From Tubiluchus corallicola (Eukaryota; Animalia; Priapulida), in the NCBI GenBank assembly GCA_030141605.1, contig JAQGDQ010000596.1, positions 68,627 to 132,626 of the forward strand: a DNA stretch of 64,000 nucleotides, written 5' to 3'. How positions within the stretch are numbered: position 1 is the first letter of the stretch; each line of letters begins with the position of its first letter. Positions 63,601 through 64,000 of the stretch are shown piece after piece. The translations under genes and the position numbers were made by a program. The notes below the pieces were generated by a model, which saw only the letters and a list, made by a program, of their open reading frames with translations, had not been told where the DNA came from and searched no databases.

Positions 63601-64000
63601 TGTTGGTTCCTCACAGAAACTATATGTAGAGAATTAGCTGAATGAATTTGTGTCATGTTGGTTCTTCACAGAAACTATATGTAGAGAATTAGCTAAATGA
63701 ATTTCTGTCATGTTGGTTCCTCACAGAAAGTATATGTAGAGAATTAGCTGAATGAATTTGTGTCATGTTGGTTCCTCACAGAAACTATATGTAGAGAATT
63801 AGCTGAATGAATTTCTGTCGTGTTGGTTCCTCACAGAAACTATATGTAGAGAATTAGCTAAATGAATTCGTGTCATGTTGGTTCCTCACAGAAAGTATAT
63901 GTAGAAAATTAGCTAAATGAATTTCTGTCATGTTGGTTCCTCACAGAAAGTACATGTAGAGAATTAGCTGAATGAATTCGTGTCGTGTTGGTTCCTCACA
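60642..64000. repeat. 55-bp satellite array, about 61 copies, continuing past the window end
   Basis: ggttcctcacagaaactatatgtagagaattagctaaatgaatttctgtcatgtt units, highly homogeneous. Confidence 0.98.

Noticed and set aside
60642-64000. CRISPR-like array
   Set aside because: No unique spacers, no cas genes, and a eukaryotic context; the units are contiguous near-identical monomers.

Overview
AT-rich genomic DNA from an invertebrate animal, rich in MITEs, LINE and Penelope debris, and tandem repeats. Seven protein-coding genes are supported. These are a GT32 alpha-1,4-glycosyltransferase (2 coding exons, +), a divergent pair of paralogous C2H2 zinc-finger genes with a shared atypical N-terminal finger, CCDC134 (+), ALG14 (5 exons assembled by hand, -), SPT6 (5.1 kb intronless ORF, -) and the first three exons of a secreted chitin-binding (ChtBD2) + LDLa protein (+) that runs into a 55-bp satellite. 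The most notable signals are: (i) intronless SPT6 and CCDC134 next to an intron-retaining ALG14, with splice acceptors just upstream of most start codons (retrogenes, 5' UTR introns or trans-splicing); (ii) four to five degenerate minimal hammerhead-ribozyme motifs, three of them set in Penelope-type inverted repeats; (iii) the zinc-finger pair; (iv) repeated local birth of minisatellites, one spanning a stop codon. All calls come from manual reading; no searches were run.
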